A stretch of DNA of 64,000 nucleotides from Escherichia phage kaaroe. The notes under the pieces are model-generated. The model was not told where the DNA came from. It ran no database searches and was given only the letters and a program-made list of their open reading frames with translations. This document shows positions 34,124 to 43,422 of this stretch, piece after piece. A program made the translations under genes and the position numbers. Position 1 is the first letter of the stretch; the number at the start of each line of letters is the position of its first letter. The stretch lies in sequence record MN850574.1. One strand, given 5' to 3'.

Positions 34124-36367
34124 ATGATTAAAAATGTTGTTAAGTCTTCCGGTCTGACTGTTCCTTTTGAAAAAGAAAAAGTAATGAAAATTCTGGAAGC
34201 GGCAGCCGAAGGTCATAACGTTGATCCATATGAATTGTTTGATATGGTTGAACCACTTCTGACAGAAGGTATGTCTACCAACGATATCCAGAAAGTATTG
34301 ATTAAGGTCGCAGCAGATAACATTACTGTAGAAACACCCGATTATCAATATGTAGCAAGTAACCTTGCAATGTTCGCGCTTCGCAAATCAGTATACGGTC
34401 AATTCCAACCGATTGATTTTTACAGCCATATTGAGCGTAATATTGCAACCGGAAAATATGATCGCGAAATTCTGCAAAAGTATTCCCGTGAAGAAGTGGA
34501 ATATCTGGAGAAATTCATCGACCATAAACTTGATTTTAAAATGACCTATGCTGGTGCGATGCAGTTAAAAGAGAAATATCTTGTTCAAGATCGCAGCACT
34601 AAGAAAATCATCGAAACACCGCAATTTGCGTATATGCTGATCGGTATGTGCTTGCATCAAGAAGAGACAGAAAATCGACTTGAACATGTGATTGATTTTT
34701 ATAATGCGGTTGCGAATAAGCAAATCTCTCTGCCTACTCCGATTATGGCAGGTGTGCGTACCCCAACACGCCAATTTAGTTCGTGTGTGGTGATTGAAAG
34801 TGATGACTCATTGCAGGGTATTAATGAAACCGCAAATGCAATCATCAAGTATATTAGCAAGCGTGCTGGTATCGGTATCAACGCTGGCATGATTCGCGCG
34901 GAAGGATCTAAGATCGGGCATGGTGAAGTTCGTCATACTGGAGTTATCCCATTCTGGAAACATTTTCAGACTGCCGTTAAGTCATGCTCACAAGGCGGTA
35001 TTCGTGGCGGGGCAGCGACACTCTATTACCCAATGTGGCATTTAGAGTTTGAAAGTCTGATTGTGTTAAAGAACAATAAGGGCGTGGAAGATAACCGCAT
35101 TCGCCATCTTGACTACGGCGTACAGATTAATAACCTGATGGTAGAGCGATTCCTTAAACGGGATTACATTACTCTGTTTAGTCCAGATGTTGCGGGTGGC
35201 TTGTTGTGGGATCTGTACTTCCGAGACGAGGAAGGTTTCCGCCAACTTTACGAAAAACTGGAAAAAGATCCGAGTGTTCGTAAAACTCGTGTTAAAGCCG
35301 AAGACCTGTTTTTAGCGGTGGCAATTGAACGTTTTAACACTGGTCGAATCTATCCAACGTTCACAGACAACATGAACAATCACGGGGCGTTTATTCGTAA
35401 TGTAGCACCGATTAAACAATCTAACCTGTGTTGTGAAATTGCTCTGCCTACTAAACCGATGGGTCGTGATGATTCAGAGATCAGCCTATGTACTTTGGCA
35501 GCATATGTTTTAGGAAACTTTGATATCGAAAATATGGAAGAAGTAGAACGCATTGCTATGGTTATGGTGCGTGCACTTGACAACCTGTTAGATTATCAGG
35601 ATTATCCTGTAGAGCAAGCTATGACAGCCAAAAAACGTCGCTCTCTGGGTGTTGGGGTGACTAACTTTGCATCGTATCTCGCGGATAATTTCTTCACATA
35701 TGAAGACGCTAACGAGTTTACGCATAAAACGTTTGAACGCTTGCAATATGCTCTGATTAAGGCTAGTGTGCAACTGGCTAAAGAGAAGGGTGCTTGCGAA
35801 CTGATGCACGAAACCCGCTATGGTCGCGGTGAACTGCCTATCGACTGGTACAAAAAGACAGTAGATGAACTGGTTGATCCGGTGTATGAGATGGATTGGG
35901 AAGAACTGCGCGAAGACCTGAAAAAATATGGCATTCGTAATAGTACGCTTTCGGCTCTGATGCCTTGTGAGTCGTCTTCTCAGGTATCTAACAGCACAAA
36001 CGGTATTGAACCACCTCGCGGGATTGTATCGGTTAAAGGATCGAAAGAAGGGCAATTTAATCAGGTTATTCCGAACGTAGAGAATAATGCTGATGTTATT
36101 GACCTGCTTTGGACACTGATCAAGAAAGGTAACAAGCCCTATCTGACACTGGCAGCGATCATGCAGAAGTTTGTAGATCAGGCGATTAGTTCCAATACAT
36201 CCTATGATCCAAGCACTTATAAGACTGGTAAAGTCGATATTGCTGATGTGTTAGATGATATGTTGTTCGCTCAACATTACGGTCTGAAAACCCTGTATTA
36301 TGCGAACGTTCGCGACGGTGCAGATGGTACGGAAGACGCTAGCGAGTGCTCATCTTGCAAGCTGTAA
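34124..36367 (+). CDS. nrdA: ribonucleotide reductase large subunit (class Ia)
   Basis: 747 aa; N-terminal ATP-cone, active-site SNLCCEIALP, C-terminal CSSCKL. Confidence 0.93.
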   Translation: MIKNVVKSSGLTVPFEKEKVMKILEAAAEGHNVDPYELFDMVEPLLTEGMSTNDIQKVLIKVAADNITVETPDYQYVASNLAMFALRKSVYGQFQPIDFYSHIERNIATGKYDREILQKYSREEVEYLEKFIDHKLDFKMTYAGAMQLKEKYLVQDRSTKKIIETPQFAYMLIGMCLHQEETENRLEHVIDFYNAVANKQISLPTPIMAGVRTPTRQFSSCVVIESDDSLQGINETANAIIKYISKRAGIGINAGMIRAEGSKIGHGEVRHTGVIPFWKHFQTAVKSCSQGGIRGGAATLYYPMWHLEFESLIVLKNNKGVEDNRIRHLDYGVQINNLMVERFLKRDYITLFSPDVAGGLLWDLYFRDEEGFRQLYEKLEKDPSVRKTRVKAEDLFLAVAIERFNTGRIYPTFTDNMNNHGAFIRNVAPIKQSNLCCEIALPTKPMGRDDSEISLCTLAAYVLGNFDIENMEEVERIAMVMVRALDNLLDYQDYPVEQAMTAKKRRSLGVGVTNFASYLADNFFTYEDANEFTHKTFERLQYALIKASVQLAKEKGACELMHETRYGRGELPIDWYKKTVDELVDPVYEMDWEELREDLKKYGIRNSTLSALMPCESSSQVSNSTNGIEPPRGIVSVKGSKEGQFNQVIPNVENNADVIDLLWTLIKKGNKPYLTLAAIMQKFVDQAISSNTSYDPSTYKTGKVDIADVLDDMLFAQHYGLKTLYYANVRDGADGTEDASECSSCKL

Positions 36368-36375
36368 AATAAGTG

Positions 36376-36404
36376 TTGACGCGGGGAGAAATCCCCGCTA
36401 TAAT
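36376..36404 (+). promoter_or_regulatory. PeSL-like early promoter cassette
   Basis: TTGACG, CGGGGA-GAAA-TCCCCG hairpin in spacer, TATAAT. Confidence 0.55.
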
Positions 36405-36603
36405 ACAACCATCAAAAACAAGTGAGGATTTTATTATGACCAAATTAAAATGTGTTGCTGTAGATTTTTGAACTAGCTGATAGCTTTGTTGTTGGTGATG
36501 AATATGATGCTCAACATGATGGGACTTGCTACTACGTCGAGGATGAATATGGTGTAGAATGGGCGATTCTTCCTGATGATAAATGTTTTGAGGTTGTCGG
36601 ATA

Positions 36604-36777
36604 ATGGCTACTGTATGGTTATTGATTGCAATCAGCAATTCAATGTATAATTACGGAAATATGTCAAGCATTGAATTTGCAACAAAGCAGGATTGCGTTA
36701 AAGCTCGCGAGATTATCCGCGAAGACAATAAACGCTTTATGAATCTATATTGCGTTGAAAAACAAAAGGTGAACTAA
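36604..36777 (+). CDS. small protein (57 aa), tandem paralog A
   Basis: MATVWLLIAISNSMYNYGNMSSIEFATKQDC...; below ORF-track cutoff. Confidence 0.5.
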   Translation: MATVWLLIAISNSMYNYGNMSSIEFATKQDCVKAREIIREDNKRFMNLYCVEKQKVN

Positions 36778-36944
36778 TGGCTACATTATGGTTATTGCTT
36801 TCCGTTAGCGTAGGCTCATATAATAAAGGAACTGTTACCAGCGTGGAGTTTTCATCACATCAAAGCTGTTTTGAAGCCGTGCAGGAATTGCAACAGGATA
36901 ACGAAATAAACAGAAATACTAAGTTCTTTTGTGTTAAAAAGTGA
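36777..36944 (+). CDS. small protein (55 aa), tandem paralog B
   Basis: MATLWLLLSVSVGSYNKGTVTSVEFSSHQSC...; start overlaps paralog A stop (TAATG). Confidence 0.5.
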   Translation: MATLWLLLSVSVGSYNKGTVTSVEFSSHQSCFEAVQELQQDNEINRNTKFFCVKK

Positions 36945-36959
36945 TAGTGAGGTGAATTA

Positions 36960-38120
36960 ATGAGCGTATTTAACCGCGAACATGTTGATATTATGAACGA
37001 ACCAATGTTTCTGGGTAGTGGGTTGGGTATCGCTCGCTATGATATTCAGCGTCATCAAGTATTTGAAGAACTGATCGAAAAGCAATTGTCATTTTTCTGG
37101 CGTCCAGAAGAAATTTCACTTGCAACCGACCGCATTCAATATCTTAATATGGGTGACGTTGAAAAGCGTTTCTTTACTGAAAACTTGAAGTATCAGACAT
37201 TACTTGATTCTATTCAAGGTCGCGCACCGTCCGCAGCATTTGGTCCAATTGTATCTGATCCAACTCTCGATACATGGTTGCAAACATGGACATTCAGCGA
37301 AACGATTCATAGCCGAAGCTATACACACATTATGCGTAACTGTTTCATTGATCCGGCTAGTGAGTTCGACCAGATCATCGATAACCCTGCTATCATGAAG
37401 CGAGCGGAATCTATCGGGAAATATTATGATGATGTTCTTTATTGGATTCGTAAGTATGAGAATGCAAAAGAAGATCTCCGCTATTGGGAAGAACGAGACG
37501 ACCAGACAGCATTAGATGATGCAAGAAGATTTTTTGAAGATACAAAACGAGATCTGATGGCTTCGATTTATCTGTGTGCACACTGCGTCAATGCACTGGA
37601 AGCAATTCGTTTTTATGTGTCCTTTGCATGTACTTTCAGCTTTGCCGAACGTGGTTTACTGGAAGGTAACGCGAAGATCATGAAATTTATTGCGCGTGAT
37701 GAACAACTTCACTTAAAAGGCACACAATACATTATTCGTCAATGGCAAACGGGGGTTGATGGTGATGAGTGGAAACAGATTGCGGAAGAACTTGAAGGCG
37801 AAGCAACGAAAATCTTTCTGGATGTTGTCGAGCAAGAAAAAGAATGGGTAGACCACCTATTCGCAATGGGGGCAATTCCTAACCTGTCACCGGAAATTCT
37901 GAAAACCTATGTAGAATACCTGGCAGATTCCCGTATGCGTGCTGCCGGACTGAAAAGCCCGTTTAGTGTTCGTCGTCATCCGTTACCGTGGATGCGTAAA
38001 TGGTTGAACTCTGACGAAGTACAGAATGCAGCGCAGGAAGTAGAGATTATGTATCTGGTATCTCAGGTTAATACCGATTTAACAGATGACGACTACAACC
38101 GATTCGGGAAATATCTATGA
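36960..38120 (+). CDS. nrdB: ribonucleotide reductase small subunit; no intron
   Basis: 386 aa; di-iron ExxH motifs (FSETIHSRSYTH, ARDEQLH); GAGGTG SD. Confidence 0.9.
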   Translation: MSVFNREHVDIMNEPMFLGSGLGIARYDIQRHQVFEELIEKQLSFFWRPEEISLATDRIQYLNMGDVEKRFFTENLKYQTLLDSIQGRAPSAAFGPIVSDPTLDTWLQTWTFSETIHSRSYTHIMRNCFIDPASEFDQIIDNPAIMKRAESIGKYYDDVLYWIRKYENAKEDLRYWEERDDQTALDDARRFFEDTKRDLMASIYLCAHCVNALEAIRFYVSFACTFSFAERGLLEGNAKIMKFIARDEQLHLKGTQYIIRQWQTGVDGDEWKQIAEELEGEATKIFLDVVEQEKEWVDHLFAMGAIPNLSPEILKTYVEYLADSRMRAAGLKSPFSVRRHPLPWMRKWLNSDEVQNAAQEVEIMYLVSQVNTDLTDDDYNRFGKYL

Positions 38121-38593
38121 TATATTTTGTCGATTTAGATTTTACGATCACAGATCCAACACATCGACTAGCAAAGATGCCAACCGAAAATCTTGATAAA
38201 GTCGAGTCATGGATCGAATATAACAAAGCATGTGGGGGAGATTCCCCCATTTACGATGTAATTCGTGTTATTAATGCTCTTTCCGACAACGGGCATTTGA
38301 TTTACATCCTCACCGGACGAAGTTCACATGCTTACATGGAAACAATTGATTGGTTAATTTCTAACGGGGTGTGTTTTGATAAAATCTTTATGAGAGGCCG
38401 TACCGATTCCCGTAAAGATTATCACATCAAATTAGAGGTAATTAAATCCTTTGATAAAGATGAAGTTGTCGGAGTCTTTGAGGATAACCCAGAAGTGATT
38501 AAAGTTTTGCGTGAAAATGGTTATCGTGTCTTTGACGTAGGAAATCACAAAGATAAGACGCGAGCGGATATTGCAAATCACGGTCATGATTAA
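38117..38593 (+). CDS. HAD-superfamily phosphatase-like protein (resembles the Pnk phosphatase domain)
   Basis: 158 aa; N-terminal FVDLDFTIT (DxDxT); similar to the C-terminal half of the pseT product in this window. Confidence 0.6.
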   Translation: MIYFVDLDFTITDPTHRLAKMPTENLDKVESWIEYNKACGGDSPIYDVIRVINALSDNGHLIYILTGRSSHAYMETIDWLISNGVCFDKIFMRGRTDSRKDYHIKLEVIKSFDKDEVVGVFEDNPEVIKVLRENGYRVFDVGNHKDKTRADIANHGHD

Positions 38594-38604
38594 TGTTTGT
38601 TCAA

Positions 38605-38630
38605 AGTCGCCCATAGTGGCGACTTTTTTG
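38605..38630 (+). terminator. intrinsic terminator
   Basis: AGTCGCC / GGCGACT stem followed by TTTTTTG. Confidence 0.65.
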
Positions 38631-38640
38631 TTATTGGGTG

Positions 38641-38669
38641 TTGACAATCTGATCTTGCCATAGCATAAT
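38641..38669 (+). promoter_or_regulatory. sigma70-type early promoter
   Basis: TTGACA, 17-nt spacer, CATAAT, then CATCGAAACGGAGGAACATATG. Confidence 0.55.
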
Positions 38670-38693
38670 ACGCACATCGAAACGGAGGAACAT

Positions 38694-38912
38694 ATGGAAA
38701 CAGAAGAACAAGTCATTGCATATTTTCATCGTAAAAAGATGAAACTTAGAATTGAAAAGCAGTACATCAATCACTACATTGACCGAGTTCACTTAACAAG
38801 TACACCTTACCTATTCCGGTTGATAAACCCTAGAAAACGGTGGGAGAAGTTGGATAGAAACACAAAAATAATTGATAAGCTCACCCAGTGGTGGAATGAA
38901 TACAACAAGTAA
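38694..38912 (+). CDS. hypothetical basic protein (72 aa)
   Basis: ORF track; GGAGGAA SD. Confidence 0.5.
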   Translation: METEEQVIAYFHRKKMKLRIEKQYINHYIDRVHLTSTPYLFRLINPRKRWEKLDRNTKIIDKLTQWWNEYNK

Positions 38913-38919
38913 AAAGTAG

Positions 38920-38954
38920 TTGACACTGAATAACGGGGGTAGTAAGATACTCCC
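38920..38954 (+). promoter_or_regulatory. PeSL-like early promoter cassette
   Basis: TTGACA; GGGGGTAGTAAGATACTCCC palindrome; conserved leader. Confidence 0.55.
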
Positions 38955-38981
38955 ATCGAAACGAAACAAAGGAGAATCAAA

Positions 38982-39200
38982 ATGAAATTTACTTGCACCG
39001 ACTCTATCAGCAAACACTTTGTAGTAGGCGAAGTATACGAATCTACTACCATTCGCCAGCGTGACCTGATGGGTCGCCTTTACAATCAGCCAGTATTCAT
39101 TATTGGCGAAGAATTGTTCTACATTGAAAACCGTCCGTGGGTTGCTTTCAATAAACGAGGACGCAAGGTAGCAAAATTCGAACTTGTCATTAAAAAGTAG
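38982..39200 (+). CDS. hypothetical protein (72 aa)
   Basis: ORF track; GGAGAATCAAA SD. Confidence 0.5.
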   Translation: MKFTCTDSISKHFVVGEVYESTTIRQRDLMGRLYNQPVFIIGEELFYIENRPWVAFNKRGRKVAKFELVIKK

Positions 39201-39235
39201 TTGACAGCATGAAACGGGGGTAGTAATATACCCCC
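39201..39235 (+). promoter_or_regulatory. PeSL-like early promoter cassette
   Basis: TTGACA; GGGGGTAGTAATATACCCCC palindrome; conserved leader. Confidence 0.55.
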
Positions 39236-39267
39236 ATCGAAACGAAATACACTTTAAGGAGAATCAA

Positions 39268-39417
39268 ATGAACAACTTTGACGCGGTACTGAAAATGGCA
39301 ATCGAAACTTACGCGGAGATCTCCGGCGAGAAAGTAGAGGACATTATCAAAGAATGTCAGAACTTTGAAAGCCAGACAGCCAAGAATGTTCAAATGTTGA
39401 TGTTTGCGGTTGCATAA
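39268..39417 (+). CDS. hypothetical small protein (49 aa)
   Basis: MNNFDAVLKMAIETYAEISGEK...; GGAGAATCAA SD; below track cutoff. Confidence 0.45.
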   Translation: MNNFDAVLKMAIETYAEISGEKVEDIIKECQNFESQTAKNVQMLMFAVA

Positions 39418-39425
39418 AAAAGCAG

Positions 39426-39460
39426 TTGACAGCATATCACGGGAGTAGTAAGATACTCCC
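39426..39460 (+). promoter_or_regulatory. PeSL-like early promoter cassette
   Basis: TTGACA; GGGAGTAGTAAGATACTCCC palindrome; conserved leader. Confidence 0.55.
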
Positions 39461-39487
39461 ATACCAAAACAACTAAGGAGTATCAAG

Positions 39488-39886
39488 ATGATTAAATTTC
39501 AAACTCGCAAAGATGTTCTGGACTTCGTTAAAGTTTTCGGTTACGCTGCATTGCAACATGCAATGGACAAAATGACCATCTCCCCAGATCAGACTATGCT
39601 GATCCGTATGGTTAAAGCAACCGCCTACAAAAACGACATTACCCTCTCAGAAATCAACGACGGTAATACTGTTCGCGAGGTAATTGTTTCTTTCGAATCA
39701 CCGAAAATTGGCGGTTTTCATACCACGATGTTAGGTGAAATCACTGTCACTGTATACGGGCAAGGTGGCGGAGTGTTTACCGTCAAAGAAGCAATGGAAA
39801 ATGGAACGCTGAACAAAGAAAAACTGGAATTTGTCCTGAAAATCATCAAGGAGCGTAACGAAGCTCGCGATATTCTGGAAAGTTAA
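39488..39886 (+). CDS. hypothetical protein (132 aa)
   Basis: ORF track; AGGAGTATCAAG SD. Confidence 0.5.
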   Translation: MIKFQTRKDVLDFVKVFGYAALQHAMDKMTISPDQTMLIRMVKATAYKNDITLSEINDGNTVREVIVSFESPKIGGFHTTMLGEITVTVYGQGGGVFTVKEAMENGTLNKEKLEFVLKIIKERNEARDILES

Positions 39887-39893
39887 TAAGGTG

Positions 39894-39919
39894 GGCGGGA
39901 GAAATCCCGCCTTTGTTGT
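39894..39919 (+). terminator. intrinsic terminator
   Basis: GGCGGGA-GAAA-TCCCGCC followed by TTTGTTGT. Confidence 0.6.
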
Positions 39920-39936
39920 GACGTGAGGAAAGGATA

Positions 39937-40398
39937 ATGATTAATGAGCTAATAGAAAACTATGGATTCGTTAAATATTCATGTTTAGAGTGTAAAGATG
40001 GTGATGTGATTCTGCCGCCTCAGAAGAACCGTTTAAATGTTCTTTACGCTATTGTTGTTGATGATGAACTGGTATACATTGGTCAGACTGTCAATCTCAG
40101 AAAGCGGATCAATTATTACCGGACTAGCATTAACAGACAAACACCAACAGCGGATACTCGCAAGAGTAAGAATATTCATAAGGCGCTAGAGGAAGGTAAG
40201 ACAGTAACATTCTATTACCGACAGTGCTTTGAGTTGTACATCGAGAATCCAACGGGTAAGGATATTATAAGCACTGCCGATATCGAAGAACCTGTTTTGA
40301 TCACCAAATTTAAACCAGAATGGAACACAAATTATGTCAACAAAAGAAAACAACAAAAAAGTTTTAGCATTGTTCAAAAATCTGATGGCACTATGTGA
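39937..40398 (+). CDS. stand-alone GIY-YIG nuclease domain protein
   Basis: 153 aa; VLYAIVVDDELVYIGQTVNLRKRINYYR (GIY...YIG...R); 3' end overlaps rnlA start. Confidence 0.6.
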   Translation: MINELIENYGFVKYSCLECKDGDVILPPQKNRLNVLYAIVVDDELVYIGQTVNLRKRINYYRTSINRQTPTADTRKSKNIHKALEEGKTVTFYYRQCFELYIENPTGKDIISTADIEEPVLITKFKPEWNTNYVNKRKQQKSFSIVQKSDGTM

Positions 40399-41503
40399 CG
40401 GATCTGATACGTTCTATTACAAAGATGAAATTACGGCGATGCAAACCCGTATGCGCATTTTTAGTTATCTGTACTTGAGCAAACCGGAAATGTGGAATAA
40501 ACCAGATGCGTTAGAGTGTCGCGGGATCATGTTTGAAATTGACGATAAAGGTCGTCCGGTCCGCATCGCATCTCGTCCTATGGAGAAGTTTTTTAATTTG
40601 GGTGAGAATGATCGCGCTCGCTTTAAGCCGGAAGATGTGGAAATGGTCATGGACAAAATGGACGGTAGTCTAGTAAGCACATACATTGATAACGGCTATG
40701 TTCAGTTGAAGTCTAAAGCGGCCTTGTACTCAAGCCAGGCAGAGAGAGCAAACGGTCTTCTGTATTCAGAGAAGTATGCGGATCTACGCGCTAAGATTGC
40801 TGATATTGGGTCTGATTATACTTTCAACTTTGAATATACAGCGCCCAGCAACCGAATTGTTGTAGAATATTCTGAACCGTCGCTAACACTTCTGAATGTA
40901 CGCCATAACGTCACAGGAGAGTACGTACCGCATCAAATGCTATTTTCTGACGCAATCCTACGTCCTCATCTGGTAAATGCGTTACAGGTTGATTCAGCGC
41001 GTTTTAGCAATATTCTTGATGAAGTTCGGACCGCAGAAGGTATCGAAGGAATTGTTGCACGCACTAAAGACGGTCAAATGTTCAAAGTGAAGAGTGAATG
41101 GTATATTGGTGTGCATAACATTAAAAACACATCGATGTTTCCTAATAACCTGATCTACTATGTCGTAGAAAGCGAAACCGATGATTTGCGTGCTGCATAT
41201 GAAGGCGAACCGGAAGCACTGGAACGAATCGAGCTATTCGAGGAAGCATTCAGGTCTATTCTTCGCAATGCCTTCACGACAGCAACAGAATTTTATAACG
41301 CACACGCGGGAGAAGACAGAAAGACATATGCATCAAATGCGACTATCGAATCACGTAAACATGGTGATGCACAAGCATATATTTTCATGTGTCTGATGAT
41401 TGCATTTGATGGTCTTGATTATGACCGTATTCTGGATTCAATGAAAACTTACTATCTACGGAATTATAAGAAACTTATTCCGGCTGATAAGATTGATTGG
41501 TAA
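40334..41503 (+). CDS. rnlA: RNA ligase 1
   Basis: 389 aa; adenylation motif KMDGSL; strong similarity to T4 Rnl1 (DALECRGIMFE, VRIASRPMEKFFNL, DRKTYA). Confidence 0.9.
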   Translation: MSTKENNKKVLALFKNLMALCDGSDTFYYKDEITAMQTRMRIFSYLYLSKPEMWNKPDALECRGIMFEIDDKGRPVRIASRPMEKFFNLGENDRARFKPEDVEMVMDKMDGSLVSTYIDNGYVQLKSKAALYSSQAERANGLLYSEKYADLRAKIADIGSDYTFNFEYTAPSNRIVVEYSEPSLTLLNVRHNVTGEYVPHQMLFSDAILRPHLVNALQVDSARFSNILDEVRTAEGIEGIVARTKDGQMFKVKSEWYIGVHNIKNTSMFPNNLIYYVVESETDDLRAAYEGEPEALERIELFEEAFRSILRNAFTTATEFYNAHAGEDRKTYASNATIESRKHGDAQAYIFMCLMIAFDGLDYDRILDSMKTYYLRNYKKLIPADKIDW

Positions 41504-41508
41504 TAATA

Positions 41509-41532
41509 AGCGGGGCTAGTTCCCCGCCTTTT
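41509..41532 (+). terminator. intrinsic terminator
   Basis: GCGGGG / CCCCGC stem followed by CTTTTG. Confidence 0.55.
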
Positions 41533-41547
41533 GTCGTTGGGGGTAAT

Positions 41548-41871
41548 ATGTCAAAGCTGATATACATTGTTATCATCTCTGTGTTGCTAGGGGTAGGTGG
41601 TAATATGTGGTGGGAAAATAAAAAGGAGGTAGATCGACTGAATCAGGAATTTACAGAGTATAAGAAAAAGACAGATGAAAAGATGAAGGTCGTAGACTCA
41701 CTACAAAAGGAGATGTACGGAATAAGAACTAAGTTTGCAGAAGAACAAAACAAAGCAATGAAAGACGCTACACGAGGCTATGTAGTAGCACAAAAACCAA
41801 AGTTGGTAGAGAAACAGCTTAATGATTCATTTAAGGAGTTTACCGAAGAATTAAAGGAGGCTACTAAATGA
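41548..41871 (+). CDS. membrane-anchored coiled-coil protein (107 aa)
   Basis: Internal ATG of track ORF after GGGGG SD; N-terminal TM LIYIVIISVLLGVGG. Confidence 0.5.
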   Translation: MSKLIYIVIISVLLGVGGNMWWENKKEVDRLNQEFTEYKKKTDEKMKVVDSLQKEMYGIRTKFAEEQNKAMKDATRGYVVAQKPKLVEKQLNDSFKEFTEELKEATK

Positions 41872-42320
41872 GCATAGAAATATTGCCTACACAAGAGCAG
41901 ATAAGCAATTTTAATCTGGTTGATTATCTGTGGATAGGTGCAAGCATTATTATCCTGATGGTGTTTTCAATTTTCGTGATACACTGGATGTTTAAGAAAG
42001 CACATAAGAATTTTCAGACCTCCATAATCCATGTCTTCGCTTTGCCTATTGTATTTGCGCTTTCTTCGTGTACAATGGACCATTATTCACAGGAACCGAA
42101 ATTACATCCTCCACTACCAGCACCAATAGAAAAAGTTGACATTGACCTGAAAGTGGATACAATAGACGGTAAACCTAGAGTTTCTATGTCGTGGGAGGAC
42201 TCCCAAAAATTCAGAGTCTGGCTTGCGGATATTAAGAGATATACACTTGAAAGTAAGTTGATCATGTGTTATTATCGAAAAGAACTTAATGAGGAACGGT
42301 GCAAACCGAAGGAGAAATAA
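41868..42320 (+). CDS. membrane protein, possible lipoprotein (alternative start 41988)
   Basis: TM segment, then lipobox-like MFKKAHKNFQTSIIHVFALPIVFALSSC. Confidence 0.45.
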   Translation: MSIEILPTQEQISNFNLVDYLWIGASIIILMVFSIFVIHWMFKKAHKNFQTSIIHVFALPIVFALSSCTMDHYSQEPKLHPPLPAPIEKVDIDLKVDTIDGKPRVSMSWEDSQKFRVWLADIKRYTLESKLIMCYYRKELNEERCKPKEK

Positions 42321-43198
42321 TGCCGAAATGTGAAGTGATTTTAACCGTTGGTTGTTCTGGGTCCGGTAAAACTACATGGGCTATGGAAACGTGTAAACGG
42401 TTTAGTAATTATCGTAATGTGAATCGTGATGATCTTCGTCTTATGTTGTTTGGTGTTGACTCACATTTGAAATACAAGTATACTAAGGAAAAAGAAAAGC
42501 TGGTAGAGTCTATTCAGAGAATGATTGCTCGTGAGACTCTATCACGCGGATTGAGTATCATTATCTCCGATACCAACCTGAAAGAAAAACATCGTGTATT
42601 CTACAAAGAACTTGCAAAAGAATTTAACGCGGTGTATACTGAACAAGTGTTCAATGAATCATTTGAGACACTAAAGAAACGTAATTTCTATCGCGGCGAG
42701 AAAGCAATTCCACTTTCTCATTTGCGCAACCAATTTTATCTGATGCAGGAATATATGGGTCAAGAAGTATACAAACCGAATACTATGCTGCCAAAGGCAG
42801 TGATCTTTGATATTGATGGAACATTAGCGGATAAGGGCGGTCGTCATCCGTTTGACTGGACAAAGGTCAAAGAAGATAAACCACGTCCGCAAGTGATCGA
42901 AATGCTTAAACTGTATCGTGATAATGGCTATCGTATCATTACATGCTCAGGTCGTGAGGATGTTTGCGAAGAAGATACTCTGCAATGGTTGCGTGAACAG
43001 GGTATTGAACCTAGTGATCACTTTCAACGTGAAACTAATGATCGTCGTCCTGATCATGAAGTAAAGAAAGAGATTTTCTTCTCTGAAATTGCACCGCGAT
43101 ATCATGTTGTTTTGGCAGTAGATGACCGTGATCAAGTGGTTGACATGTATCGCTCAATTGGTGTAGAATGTTTTCAGGTTAACTACGGAGACTTTTAA
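42320..43198 (+). CDS. pseT: polynucleotide 5'-kinase/3'-phosphatase
   Basis: ATG after AAGGAGA SD; Walker A GCSGSGKTT; phosphatase DIDGTLA; T4 Pnk-like C-terminus (IGVECFQVNYGDF). Confidence 0.9.
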   Translation: MPKCEVILTVGCSGSGKTTWAMETCKRFSNYRNVNRDDLRLMLFGVDSHLKYKYTKEKEKLVESIQRMIARETLSRGLSIIISDTNLKEKHRVFYKELAKEFNAVYTEQVFNESFETLKKRNFYRGEKAIPLSHLRNQFYLMQEYMGQEVYKPNTMLPKAVIFDIDGTLADKGGRHPFDWTKVKEDKPRPQVIEMLKLYRDNGYRIITCSGREDVCEEDTLQWLREQGIEPSDHFQRETNDRRPDHEVKKEIFFSEIAPRYHVVLAVDDRDQVVDMYRSIGVECFQVNYGDF

Positions 43199-43401
43199 TG
43201 TTTACCGATAAACTCAAGCAATTAGGCGAAGCACTTGCTAAACGTGGTTTTAATGTTGAAATTGAACCAGCACCAGTTAACCCGTTTAGTGATGAGCGTC
43301 GCAGTGTGTATGTCATTATGAGCAATGATCATGGCGTGAATACATTCAATGTAAAACAGTATAGCGACGGATCAGTAGAATACTTTCGCGTATACGGTTA
43401 A
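43198..43401 (+). CDS. hypothetical protein (67 aa)
   Basis: ORF track; start overlaps pseT stop. Confidence 0.5.
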   Translation: MFTDKLKQLGEALAKRGFNVEIEPAPVNPFSDERRSVYVIMSNDHGVNTFNVKQYSDGSVEYFRVYG

Positions 43402-43422
43402 TTAATATGTGAGGATTATATT

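Noticed and set aside
35588-36055. 155-aa minus-strand ORF inside nrdA
   Set aside because: Antisense within a highly conserved gene; no start context; spurious.
36960-38120. Intron or homing endonuclease inside nrdB
   Set aside because: nrdB is an uninterrupted 386-codon ORF.
38807-39486. Minus-strand ORFs (38807, 38811, 39190) across the PeSL cluster
   Set aside because: Antisense to PeSL-driven plus-strand ORFs and run through the promoters; no expression signals.
40334-40385. Alternative later start for rnlA to avoid overlap with the GIY-YIG ORF
   Set aside because: The downstream Met at 40385 has no better RBS than 40334; left at the track start but flagged as uncertain.
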